Notes under the pieces: generated by a model
Seen by the model: only the letters and a program-made list of their open reading frames with translations
The model's database searches: none
Told to the model about the DNA's origin: nothing
In this document: piece after piece, positions 36,881 through 43,761 of the stretch
Position numbering within the stretch: the first letter of the stretch is position 1
Layout of the letters: each line of letters opens with the position of its first letter
Position numbers and translations under genes: made by a program
Source: a virus
Lineage: Duplodnaviria; Caudoviricetes
IMG/VR virus record: IMGVR_UViG_3300048901_000044
Coordinates: 1-43,761 of that record
DNA length: 43,761 bases
Direction: 5' to 3' (one strand)

Positions 36881-36892
36881 GCCCGGGGCACA

Positions 36893-36957
36893 GGGCAGGG
36901 GGCTACCCAGTCCCCTGCCCCGCCTGAGGCCTTGGATACACCTGCCAAGGCCTCAGG
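36893..36957 (+). other. Twin intergenic hairpins
   Basis: GGGCAGGGG/CCCCTGCCC and a perfect 13-bp CCTGAGGCCTTGG/CCAAGGCCTCAGG stem; no U-tract. Confidence 0.65.
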
Positions 36958-36987
36958 GGGGGCATACAGCCTGACCCAAGGAGACCG

Positions 36988-37128
36988 ATGATGGTAACCA
37001 TACAGCGCAGAGACAACGGGTTCTGGGACATTTGGATCAATGGGTCCATGGTCCGAGGGGGGTTCTACACCTACGATCAGGCCGTGGCCGTGGCATGGGC
37101 CGACTACGGCTACCGAGGGGGGCAGTAG
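36988..37128 (+). CDS. Small protein (46 aa; not in the ORF track)
   Basis: AAGGAG RBS; MMVTIQRRDNGFWDIWING...YRGGQ; ends 2 nt before the phosphatase ATG. Confidence 0.6.
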   Translation: MMVTIQRRDNGFWDIWINGSMVRGGFYTYDQAVAVAWADYGYRGGQ

Positions 37129-37130
37129 CC

Positions 37131-37913
37131 ATGGCAAAGCAGACCAACGGCAAGCTGGACCCCAAGTGCCCATACTGTCAGGACGACGGGGGCAAGTGCG
37201 CCCGATGCGGGACAGGGTTCAGCCAGCAGCCCCAGCCGGGGCCCAAGGAGCCCAGCCGCGCATGGACGTGGGACAACCGGCCCCAGACCCAGACCCCCGG
37301 CCCCAGCTACAAGGACGTGCGAGGGGAGGCCGACTACAAGGGGACCCCGGCCGGGGCCTATGACAACCGCAAGCTGGACCGGCCCGTTGTGGCCGGGGGC
37401 TGCAACCATACGGCCCAGCAGCCAGCCCTGACCGTGCATGGGGGCAGGCGCAAGCTATACGGGGCTCAGGGGGGCAAACTCAAGGCCGAGGGGCTGACGC
37501 ATATCGACCTGATTATCGACCTTGCAGGGCTCGTCAGCCTGCCCAAGCCGTTTGTGATGTCTACATCAGCCCGGGCCCGCAAGTATGCCAGTCTGAACCA
37601 TTACGCCAGCCCTGACCTGATCCGGCTGGACTGGCCCGATATGACGGCCCCGGTCCACGTCCCGATCAGCTTCTGGCTGAGGCTGTGGGCCATGCTGCCA
37701 GAGCATACCGTCGTGGCGTGCATGGGGGGCCATGGCAGGACGGGCACGGCCTTGGCGGCTCTGCTGGTAGCTGACGGCCGGGAGGGGCAGGAGGCCATTG
37801 ATATGGTCAGGACCAAGCACTGCCCCCGGGCCATAGAGACTGCCCGTCAGGAGGCCTACATTAAGCAGCTAGCCTTGGACTACGCCAGCCTGACGGAGCC
37901 CGAAAAACGGTAG
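37131..37913 (+). CDS. CX5R protein-tyrosine / dual-specificity phosphatase with an N-terminal Zn finger
   Basis: WPDM acid loop, ACMGGHGRTGT P-loop and IETARQ Q-loop; N-terminal CPYC..CARC. Confidence 0.88.
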   Translation: MAKQTNGKLDPKCPYCQDDGGKCARCGTGFSQQPQPGPKEPSRAWTWDNRPQTQTPGPSYKDVRGEADYKGTPAGAYDNRKLDRPVVAGGCNHTAQQPALTVHGGRRKLYGAQGGKLKAEGLTHIDLIIDLAGLVSLPKPFVMSTSARARKYASLNHYASPDLIRLDWPDMTAPVHVPISFWLRLWAMLPEHTVVACMGGHGRTGTALAALLVADGREGQEAIDMVRTKHCPRAIETARQEAYIKQLALDYASLTEPEKR

Positions 37914-38008
37914 CCCTACTCTGGGCTACTTGACAGCCGTAGTATTCTGTTCGTGGGTCAGCCGGAACCAACCGGCTGGCCCCTCGTAAACCGCTAGATG
38001 ATGGAGTA

Positions 38009-38494
38009 ATGACAATGAGCGACAATGTCAAGTATGACCCGACCGTCCACGGCCACAGCAAGCTGGGTGCATTCTCGTTTACGGACCCCCAGCCCCTGAC
38101 CATCGTCGTCCCGGGGAACCCGACCAAGGCCCAGATCAGCAAGTCGATCAGCTTCATTGGCCCCCGGCTGCACATTGGCATCGGGGACGCCTATCTGACC
38201 GGGGCCGTGGGCCGGTCCTTGGCCTGCCCTGTGACCGTCCTCAAGGCGTGGATGGATACCATGGTCACGGCCGGGACGACGGAGCCCAGCTACAGCCAGA
38301 CCGGCAGCGCGTACCTGCCCCTGCAGGTGAAGCAGAATGACCCCGACAGCCACAGGTTCTTCCTGCAGTTCGACTACAACGGGACGACCTACACGCTGGC
38401 CCGTATCATCGTGGACGCCAACGTCCCGGTCCAATCGACCGACGAGCCCCCGCAAGCGGTCTCCGAGGCTGGGGACGGGACCGACGAGCAGTAA
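38009..38494 (+). CDS. Hypothetical early protein
   Basis: GGAG RBS; typical codon usage. Confidence 0.65.
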   Translation: MTMSDNVKYDPTVHGHSKLGAFSFTDPQPLTIVVPGNPTKAQISKSISFIGPRLHIGIGDAYLTGAVGRSLACPVTVLKAWMDTMVTAGTTEPSYSQTGSAYLPLQVKQNDPDSHRFFLQFDYNGTTYTLARIIVDANVPVQSTDEPPQAVSEAGDGTDEQ

Positions 38495-38550
38495 GCTGCC
38501 CTGACCCGGGCGTCCCATCATCCGTCAGGGACCCGGGGCAGACACAGAGG

Positions 38551-38591
38551 GGGGCTCAGGGGCATATCGCCCTTGAGCCCCTTTCGTGTTT
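38551..38591 (+). terminator. Putative intrinsic terminator
   Basis: 13-bp stem GGGGCTCAGGGGC/GCCCTTGAGCCCC followed by tttcgtgttt. Confidence 0.6.
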
Positions 38592-38613
38592 CAGGTGACT
38601 GGGAGGTGTACCG

Positions 38614-38793
38614 ATGTTCGATACCTACGTGCATGTACTGCAGGACCTTGGAGCAGCCGTCTGGATCTTGTACCTGCTGCTCAGGGTCCATCGGCTCAAG
38701 GCCGATCAGATGACCCATCAGGAGACCATGGACCGGCTCAGGGCTGTGGCCCGGGCCAGCAAAGGGAGTGCGGTGGATTATGGAAACGATTGA
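38614..38793 (+). CDS. Small membrane-associated protein (59 aa; not in the ORF track)
   Basis: GGAGGT RBS; MFDTYVHVLQDLGAAVWILYLLLRV... Confidence 0.55.
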   Translation: MFDTYVHVLQDLGAAVWILYLLLRVHRLKADQMTHQETMDRLRAVARASKGSAVDYGND

Positions 38794-39316
38794 CGTACGA
38801 GAAACGGCCCGACGACTCGGTCTGGGGCTCAAGGCGGTACGGGACCTGTCAGACCATGGCGTCCTGACCAACGTGCAGCCAGTGACCCCCGGGGCCCAGA
38901 AGCACTATCGGCACTTCGCGGTACGGGAAGTGAGCGCGTTGAAAAAGGTCTACGTGAAACGGGCAGGCGTCAAGTACCTCAAGATGCGGATGCGTGAGCA
39001 GCTTGCCCCGGGAGCCCCGGCCAACGGGACCAACGGCCACGGCCCCAGCCACAGCCCGTCAGCCGCCTTAGGCACCCCGGCCCCCACTAGCGCGGTCGTC
39101 CCGGCCAGCCCCCTGCAGGTCATGGAGACATTCCGCAAGGCCACAGAAGCTGCAGCCCCGGCCCCGGGCTCTGCCCCCAGCCCCATGGGCATCATGCGCC
39201 GTCTAGAGGCCTTGGAGTTTACCCTTGGGGCCTTGGAGGAGACCATCAGCAGCCAGACCCTGCAGCTTCACGATCTGCAACTGGCGATTACGTCCCTGCT
39301 CAAGGTCTGGGCATGA
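38780..39316 (+). CDS. Excisionase/MerR-like HTH DNA-binding protein with a C-terminal coiled coil
   Basis: IDVRETARRLGLGLKAVRDLSDHGVL...RHF...EV. Confidence 0.7.
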   Translation: METIDVRETARRLGLGLKAVRDLSDHGVLTNVQPVTPGAQKHYRHFAVREVSALKKVYVKRAGVKYLKMRMREQLAPGAPANGTNGHGPSHSPSAALGTPAPTSAVVPASPLQVMETFRKATEAAAPAPGSAPSPMGIMRRLEALEFTLGALEETISSQTLQLHDLQLAITSLLKVWA

Positions 39317-39678
39317 TTGTCAGCTTCGGCTATAAGCATGGGGGGCCCCCACCGGGGGCCTCCCTGCTGTTCGACATCCGGCGCACCTGTCCGAACCCAT
39401 GGGCTGACCGCAAGGACCTGAGGCACCTGTCAGGGCTCCATGCCGAGGTCCAGCAGTGGTTCAAATCACGCCCAGCAGCGGAGCGGCTGATCCTCCGCAT
39501 CATTCGGGAGATTGAGGACTACCAAGGGCCCACGAATACGTACGGCTGGCCCAACGTGGCAATCGGATGTACCGGGGGTAGGCACCGCTCGGTGTACGTG
39601 GCCTCCGAGGTCGGCAGGCGGCTCAGCTTTGAGGTCCAGCACCGGGACTTGGCCCGGGCACATGAGCGCGAGGCCTGA
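39313..39678 (+). CDS. Stand-alone RapZ C-terminal domain protein
   Basis: IVSFGYKHG, FDIR...NP, LRHLSG, VAIGCTGGRHRSVYVA and HRDL motifs; no N-terminal P-loop domain. Confidence 0.88.
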   Translation: MIVSFGYKHGGPPPGASLLFDIRRTCPNPWADRKDLRHLSGLHAEVQQWFKSRPAAERLILRIIREIEDYQGPTNTYGWPNVAIGCTGGRHRSVYVASEVGRRLSFEVQHRDLARAHEREA

Positions 39679-39756
39679 GGGGGACCTGTCACAATGACTA
39701 GTCGCGCTATACGGCACCCGGTGTCCACTGGCGCGGAGGACACTGTATGTAGGGGC

Positions 39757-39785
39757 TTGACGGTTCAGGGTCCCGGGGCTACAGT
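39757..39785 (+). promoter_or_regulatory. Sigma70-type promoter
   Basis: TTGACG-17 bp-TACAGT. Confidence 0.6.
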
Positions 39786-39842
39786 CGCCACTTCCCCGCC
39801 GCTGCGAAAGGCCCAGATGATGCTGTTCAATGAGACCCGCTA

Positions 39843-40430
39843 ATGGGGGGCTCCGCGAAGTATTCGCCGCCGCTCCCTGCCCCGCCGCTACTCGTGGACG
39901 AGGACGGGCAGCCCCTTGTACCGCTGATTCCCGTCGCCCCCAAGTACGACCCCAGCCAGTTCTTCGTGGCCCCCGCCGACGCCAAGGGGGTCAGTTATCG
40001 TAAGACGTTTAGAATCCCGCCGGATATGGAAAAGGGGATTGAGGTACTGATTGCCAGTAAGCGGTTCCCCTTTCAGACGGACGGGGAGTTCCTGCGCTGG
40101 GCCGTGATGCGCGGCTTTCGGGAGTTAGAGGCCATGGAGCCGGTCGGCAGTGTGGGCAAGCAGGTAGAGATCCTCTCAGCATGGCTGACCGAGGAGACTG
40201 CGTTCTCGGAGTTCACTGAGGCTTTCCAGCAGCTTGAGCATACCGTCAGCCGGTACATGGCCGACTCCGCCCCCGAGCAGGCCCTGCGGATTGTGGCCGT
40301 GGCCCGGTTCCAGATCGAGCAGATGCCCGAGGGGTACTGGCGCGATAGGTACCTAGAGGAGCTGCACAAACGCTTCAACCAGCTCGCCGGGCACGTCCCA
40401 GCTCTGACGTTGGTACAACCCAAGGAGTGA
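39843..40430 (+). CDS. Hypothetical protein with an RHH-like segment
   Basis: KTFRIPPDMEKGIE...GEFLRWAV; GTGA coupling to the helicase. Confidence 0.55.
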   Translation: MGGSAKYSPPLPAPPLLVDEDGQPLVPLIPVAPKYDPSQFFVAPADAKGVSYRKTFRIPPDMEKGIEVLIASKRFPFQTDGEFLRWAVMRGFRELEAMEPVGSVGKQVEILSAWLTEETAFSEFTEAFQQLEHTVSRYMADSAPEQALRIVAVARFQIEQMPEGYWRDRYLEELHKRFNQLAGHVPALTLVQPKE

Positions 40431-42037
40431 TGATGATTGACGCCGGGCTGCCGCCCCCCTACGCACTAGGTCTGCCGAGCAAGTTCCAGTACTGGCGAGA
40501 GGATCAGGTACAAGCACTGAGTCTGATATTCGACGCCCCCACGAGGTTTGTGGGTTTGAACATGCCGACCGGCAATGGCAAGTCGTTAGTGTACGCGGCG
40601 GCCATGCACCTGAGCCCCGGCTACAACGTGGCCCTGACGGCGACCAAGGGGCTCCAAGACCAGATAGGCGAGGACTTCAGCCAGTCCCTAGGGCTCTTGG
40701 ACCTGCGCGGCCAAGCCAACTATCCCTGTCTGGCCCTGATGCCGGGCGGCGAGTTCGACTACTTCAACCACCCCCAGAAGACCAGTACCACCGACCCCCC
40801 GACGTGCGACGAGGGGCCGTGCCATGGCGGGATACCGTGCAGCCTCAGGGAGCATGGGTGTCTGTACTACGACCAGATCCGCCGGGCCCAGCAAGGGCGA
40901 CCGCTGATTACCAACTACGCCTTGTGGCTGGCCCAGCGCCGGTACAGCCAAGGCCTTGGGACGCCCAGCCTGCTGTGTCTGGACGAGGCCCACGATGCCC
41001 ACAACGAGCTGTCCGGGGCCCTGCAGATTCAACTGGACAAGTACCTGCTCCAGCAGCATGGCCTGACCCAGCCACCGGAAGGGGACGTGGAGAAGACCCG
41101 GGACTGGGCCGGGTACTGGCTACCGAGGGTGAAGGTCCGGCTCGATAACTGGGCCATTAAGCACACCGGGGACCTCAAGGTACGGCGGCAACTGCGTCGA
41201 TTAGAGGGCCTGCTGCAGTCCATCGTGGAACTGGTGACGCCCCATGACTGGATCGAGGACCACACCCCGAAGACGTTCGTGTACGACGTGGTAGACCCAA
41301 GGGCGTATGCCGAGCGGTACCTGTTCCAAGGGGCCAAGAAGGTGGTCCTGCTGTCGGCGTTCCTCAGCCCGAAGCTGTTCGACCTGCTGGGCATCGGGAA
41401 AGGGGACATGACCTTCTGGGAGTGCCCGAGCCGGTTCGCGGTAGCTCGCCGCCCGGTGTACTTCATCCCGACGTGCAAGGTGGACCACAAGATGAAGCCC
41501 GAGCACTGGAACGTCCTCTGCCACCGGATTGACCAGATTATTGCGCCGAGGCAGAACGTGAAGGGCATCCTGCACACCGTCAGTTACAAGCGCCGGGACA
41601 CGCTACTGGCGAGGAGCGAGTACAACAGCATCATGTACACCCACAGCCAGAAGCCCGGCGACGTGGCCCGGGTGGTAAGGGCGTTCAAATTACAGCCGGG
41701 GGGAGGGGTACTGATTAGCCCTTCCCTGACGACCGGCTGGGACTTCCCGGATGCGTATTGCCGGTACCAGATCCTGCCCAAGCTACCGATTCCCGACACC
41801 CGGAGCTTACTGATCAAGGCCCGCGTGGACCGGGACCCGGATTACTTGATGTACCTGACGGCCCTCACCCTCATTCAAATGGTGGGCAGAGGTATGCGGT
41901 CGCCTACTGATTGGTGTGAGACCTTCCTGCTCGATGATAACTGGCGCTGGTTCCAGCGGTACCGCCAGTTCCTCAGCAAGTGGTTCTTGGAGGCCGTGCG
42001 CCAAGTGCCCTTACTCCCCAAGCCGCTCCACTTCTAA
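40427..42037 (+). CDS. DinG/XPD-family SF2 helicase with Fe-S cysteines
   Basis: MPTGNGKS, ITNY, LDEAH, LSA, GWDFP and QMVGRGMRS..D motifs; Cys cluster after LRGQANYPC. Confidence 0.9.
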   Translation: MMMIDAGLPPPYALGLPSKFQYWREDQVQALSLIFDAPTRFVGLNMPTGNGKSLVYAAAMHLSPGYNVALTATKGLQDQIGEDFSQSLGLLDLRGQANYPCLALMPGGEFDYFNHPQKTSTTDPPTCDEGPCHGGIPCSLREHGCLYYDQIRRAQQGRPLITNYALWLAQRRYSQGLGTPSLLCLDEAHDAHNELSGALQIQLDKYLLQQHGLTQPPEGDVEKTRDWAGYWLPRVKVRLDNWAIKHTGDLKVRRQLRRLEGLLQSIVELVTPHDWIEDHTPKTFVYDVVDPRAYAERYLFQGAKKVVLLSAFLSPKLFDLLGIGKGDMTFWECPSRFAVARRPVYFIPTCKVDHKMKPEHWNVLCHRIDQIIAPRQNVKGILHTVSYKRRDTLLARSEYNSIMYTHSQKPGDVARVVRAFKLQPGGGVLISPSLTTGWDFPDAYCRYQILPKLPIPDTRSLLIKARVDRDPDYLMYLTALTLIQMVGRGMRSPTDWCETFLLDDNWRWFQRYRQFLSKWFLEAVRQVPLLPKPLHF

Positions 42038-42130
42038 GAGGCTATTGACAGGCGGATAGGGGCCATGATTTGATAGGCCCATGGTTCAGGCTCGTGTTCA
42101 ATTCGGTAACTCGTGATGAAGGAGTATCTG

Positions 42131-42874
42131 ATGGCTGAAGAAGCAGGCGTGAGTTTCAACCCCAATACCGCTGTGGCATCGGGGACGTTTCTGGACGACG
42201 TGGACGTGGTCATGGAGACCGTGCGTGCGACGTTGTTCGACTACAACGGGACGGTCAATCCACCGGTCCCGACCATGGTCGTCAGTTTCAAGACCGACGA
42301 CGGCAGCCAGTCCATCCAGCACTACACCACCGGGGACGCCAAGCACTTCATGCCCCGGGCAGACGGCAAGGGGCTGGTACCGATGGGGGCCAAGAAGGCC
42401 CTGCCGACCAAGTGCAACGCGATCCTGTTCCTGACGCACTTGATCAACGCGGGCTTCCCCGCCGACAAGATCGGTGGGGACTTGAGCGTGATGGACGGCA
42501 CCCGCATCCACGTCACGCAGGTTCCCGGCACCGGCCCGGGGGCCAAGCCCATCGTGGTTCCCGCCAAGGTCCTGAGCCTGCCCGGGGAGGCCCAGCCCGC
42601 TCAAAGCAAGGGCGGCGGGGCCCTGCCGACGACGGCCCCGGCAGCGGCGGCCACCAGCAACGGCGACCTGACCAGTGACGCCTCGGCGGGTGTACTGGCG
42701 ATCCTGATGAACGCCCCGAGCCAGAGCATCGACAAGAAGGCCTTGATACAGGAGATGTTCAAGGCGCACATGTCGCACCCCAACCGCAACGCGCTCGTGG
42801 CGTTGGTGACCAACGAGCAGTTCCTCACCGCCGGGCCGTGGAAGTACAGCGGCAGCACCTTGAGCTTGGCCTAG
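42131..42874 (+). CDS. Putative ssDNA-binding / replication accessory protein
   Basis: AAGGAG RBS; beta-rich N-domain, Ala/Pro linker and small helical C-domain; follows the helicase. Confidence 0.45.
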   Translation: MAEEAGVSFNPNTAVASGTFLDDVDVVMETVRATLFDYNGTVNPPVPTMVVSFKTDDGSQSIQHYTTGDAKHFMPRADGKGLVPMGAKKALPTKCNAILFLTHLINAGFPADKIGGDLSVMDGTRIHVTQVPGTGPGAKPIVVPAKVLSLPGEAQPAQSKGGGALPTTAPAAAATSNGDLTSDASAGVLAILMNAPSQSIDKKALIQEMFKAHMSHPNRNALVALVTNEQFLTAGPWKYSGSTLSLA

Positions 42875-42956
42875 TTCTTGGTACACTAGCACCACAAGGT
42901 CACTGGCCCCGGGATAGGCCCGGGGTCAGGCTGCCCTTGATTTGAGAGTACTTCCC

Positions 42957-43268
42957 ATGATTGACACCAAGAACCCGACCGTCGCCACCGCCATCAAGAA
43001 TGCCCTGCTGGGCGAGATCGCCCGGCTCAAGGACCAGACCCTCGTCCTGCAGGCCCAGCTTCAGGAACTGCCGGGAGAGGCCGACAAGGCCAAGGAGAAG
43101 TCCGAGGCCCAGCAGCTCGCCAGCAAGCGCATGAAGGCCATCTGGAAGAAGCGCAAGGCCGAAGCCGCCAAGGCCAAGGCCAATGGTGCGGACACCGACG
43201 AGGTACCCACCAGTGCGCCGGTCCCCGAGGAAGTGGCGGCAGACGTGGCCGCCGCCGTCCTGTCGTAG
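42957..43268 (+). CDS. Small coiled-coil protein with a basic helix
   Basis: SKRMKAIWKKRKA motif. Confidence 0.6.
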   Translation: MIDTKNPTVATAIKNALLGEIARLKDQTLVLQAQLQELPGEADKAKEKSEAQQLASKRMKAIWKKRKAEAAKAKANGADTDEVPTSAPVPEEVAADVAAAVLS

Positions 43269-43275
43269 CACACCC

Positions 43276-43432
43276 GGTACGGGATGCGGTGGAAATGCCG
43301 CATGGTAACGGGGTCGGTAATTTCAGCAGCATCCACTGAGGCCAGTGGGTTCCACATCGGTTGCTCCCCGGGCTGGGGCCTATGAACCCTGCCCGGGGTG
43401 AAGTCTGCTGGAGGTTGCGGCCCCCCCGTACT
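43276..43432 (+). ncRNA. Candidate structured RNA (five stems, possible pseudoknot)
   Basis: Nested stems folded by hand with many G-U pairs favouring the plus strand; fills the intergenic gap. Confidence 0.6.
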
Positions 43433-43453
43433 ACCGCTCAAATGAAGGGCAGT

Positions 43454-43761
43454 ATGACCACTGACAGTACCAAGCAGGCGAGCGCGGCGTGGCAGGACGT
43501 GCAGGCGATGTATGCGGCTCAAATGACCACGCCTGCACTGATATATCTCGCGTCTGATGTCGAACGCGCCCGAGCCGCTGACGCCCAGCAGATCGCGCTG
43601 CATTACGAGCGTCGATGCCAAGCAGAAGATCGCGAGAAGCGAGCGAACGAATACGTCGAGCGGGCAGGCCAGCAGATCGCCGCCCTGCGAGCCGAGAATG
43701 AGAAGCTGTTCAAGGAACTGGCTTATGAGGTTGATCAGCGGCGGCAGGTAGAGGCCGAATA
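43454..43761 (+). CDS. N-terminal part of the coiled-coil protein that continues to 406
   Basis: ATG 43454 (MTTDSTKQ...) is open to the window end and in frame with 134-406 across the repeat. Confidence 0.7.
   Translation, partial: MTTDSTKQASAAWQDVQAMYAAQMTTPALIYLASDVERARAADAQQIALHYERRCQAEDREKRANEYVERAGQQIAALRAENEKLFKELAYEVDQRRQVEAE
43627..43752. repeat. Terminal direct repeat copy of 1-126
   Basis: Exact match. Confidence 0.95.

Noticed and set aside
37930-37960. Canonical sigma70 promoters at TTGACA 37930 and 42045
   Set aside because: No convincing -10 hexamer at 16-18 bp spacing.
38780-39316. Lysogeny module inferred from the excisionase-like HTH
   Set aside because: I found no integrase, CI-like repressor or ParA in the window.
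43276-43432. tRNA gene
   Set aside because: No cloverleaf, T-loop consensus or CCA end, and it is too long.

Overview
The window is an apparently complete, circularly permuted ~43.6-kb genome of a GC-rich tailed dsDNA phage. Bases 1-126 recur at 43627-43752, and one ORF runs across the join. The minus strand (about 32.6 kb down to 6.1 kb) holds the podovirus-type morphogenesis block: TerL, portal, scaffold, major capsid, a cement-like protein, a collagen fibre, lysis-like membrane genes, adaptor and closure proteins, five ejection-type proteins and an SLT transglycosylase. The plus strand (34.4 kb, wrapping to 6.2 kb) holds early and replication genes: a PEP-synthase/PPDK-like dikinase, a CX5R phosphatase, a stand-alone RapZ C-terminal domain, a DinG helicase, an SSB-like protein, a PD-(D/E)XK nuclease, an AAA ATPase, an ERCC4 nuclease and a UDG-PolA fusion. 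I recognised no integrase, primase, replicative helicase, tRNA or CRISPR. Four things stand out. (1) A non-coding 32.6-33.8 kb region carries five DnaA-box-like 9-mers at an exact 11-bp period, 27 GTAC sites in about 715 bp, and short repeats. (2) The early genes form a dikinase / phosphatase / RapZ-C cassette. (3) A ~157-nt multi-stem, possibly pseudoknotted RNA candidate lies at 43276-43432. (4) The polymerase has substitutions in conserved motifs. All protein calls come from motif recognition by eye; no database search was run.
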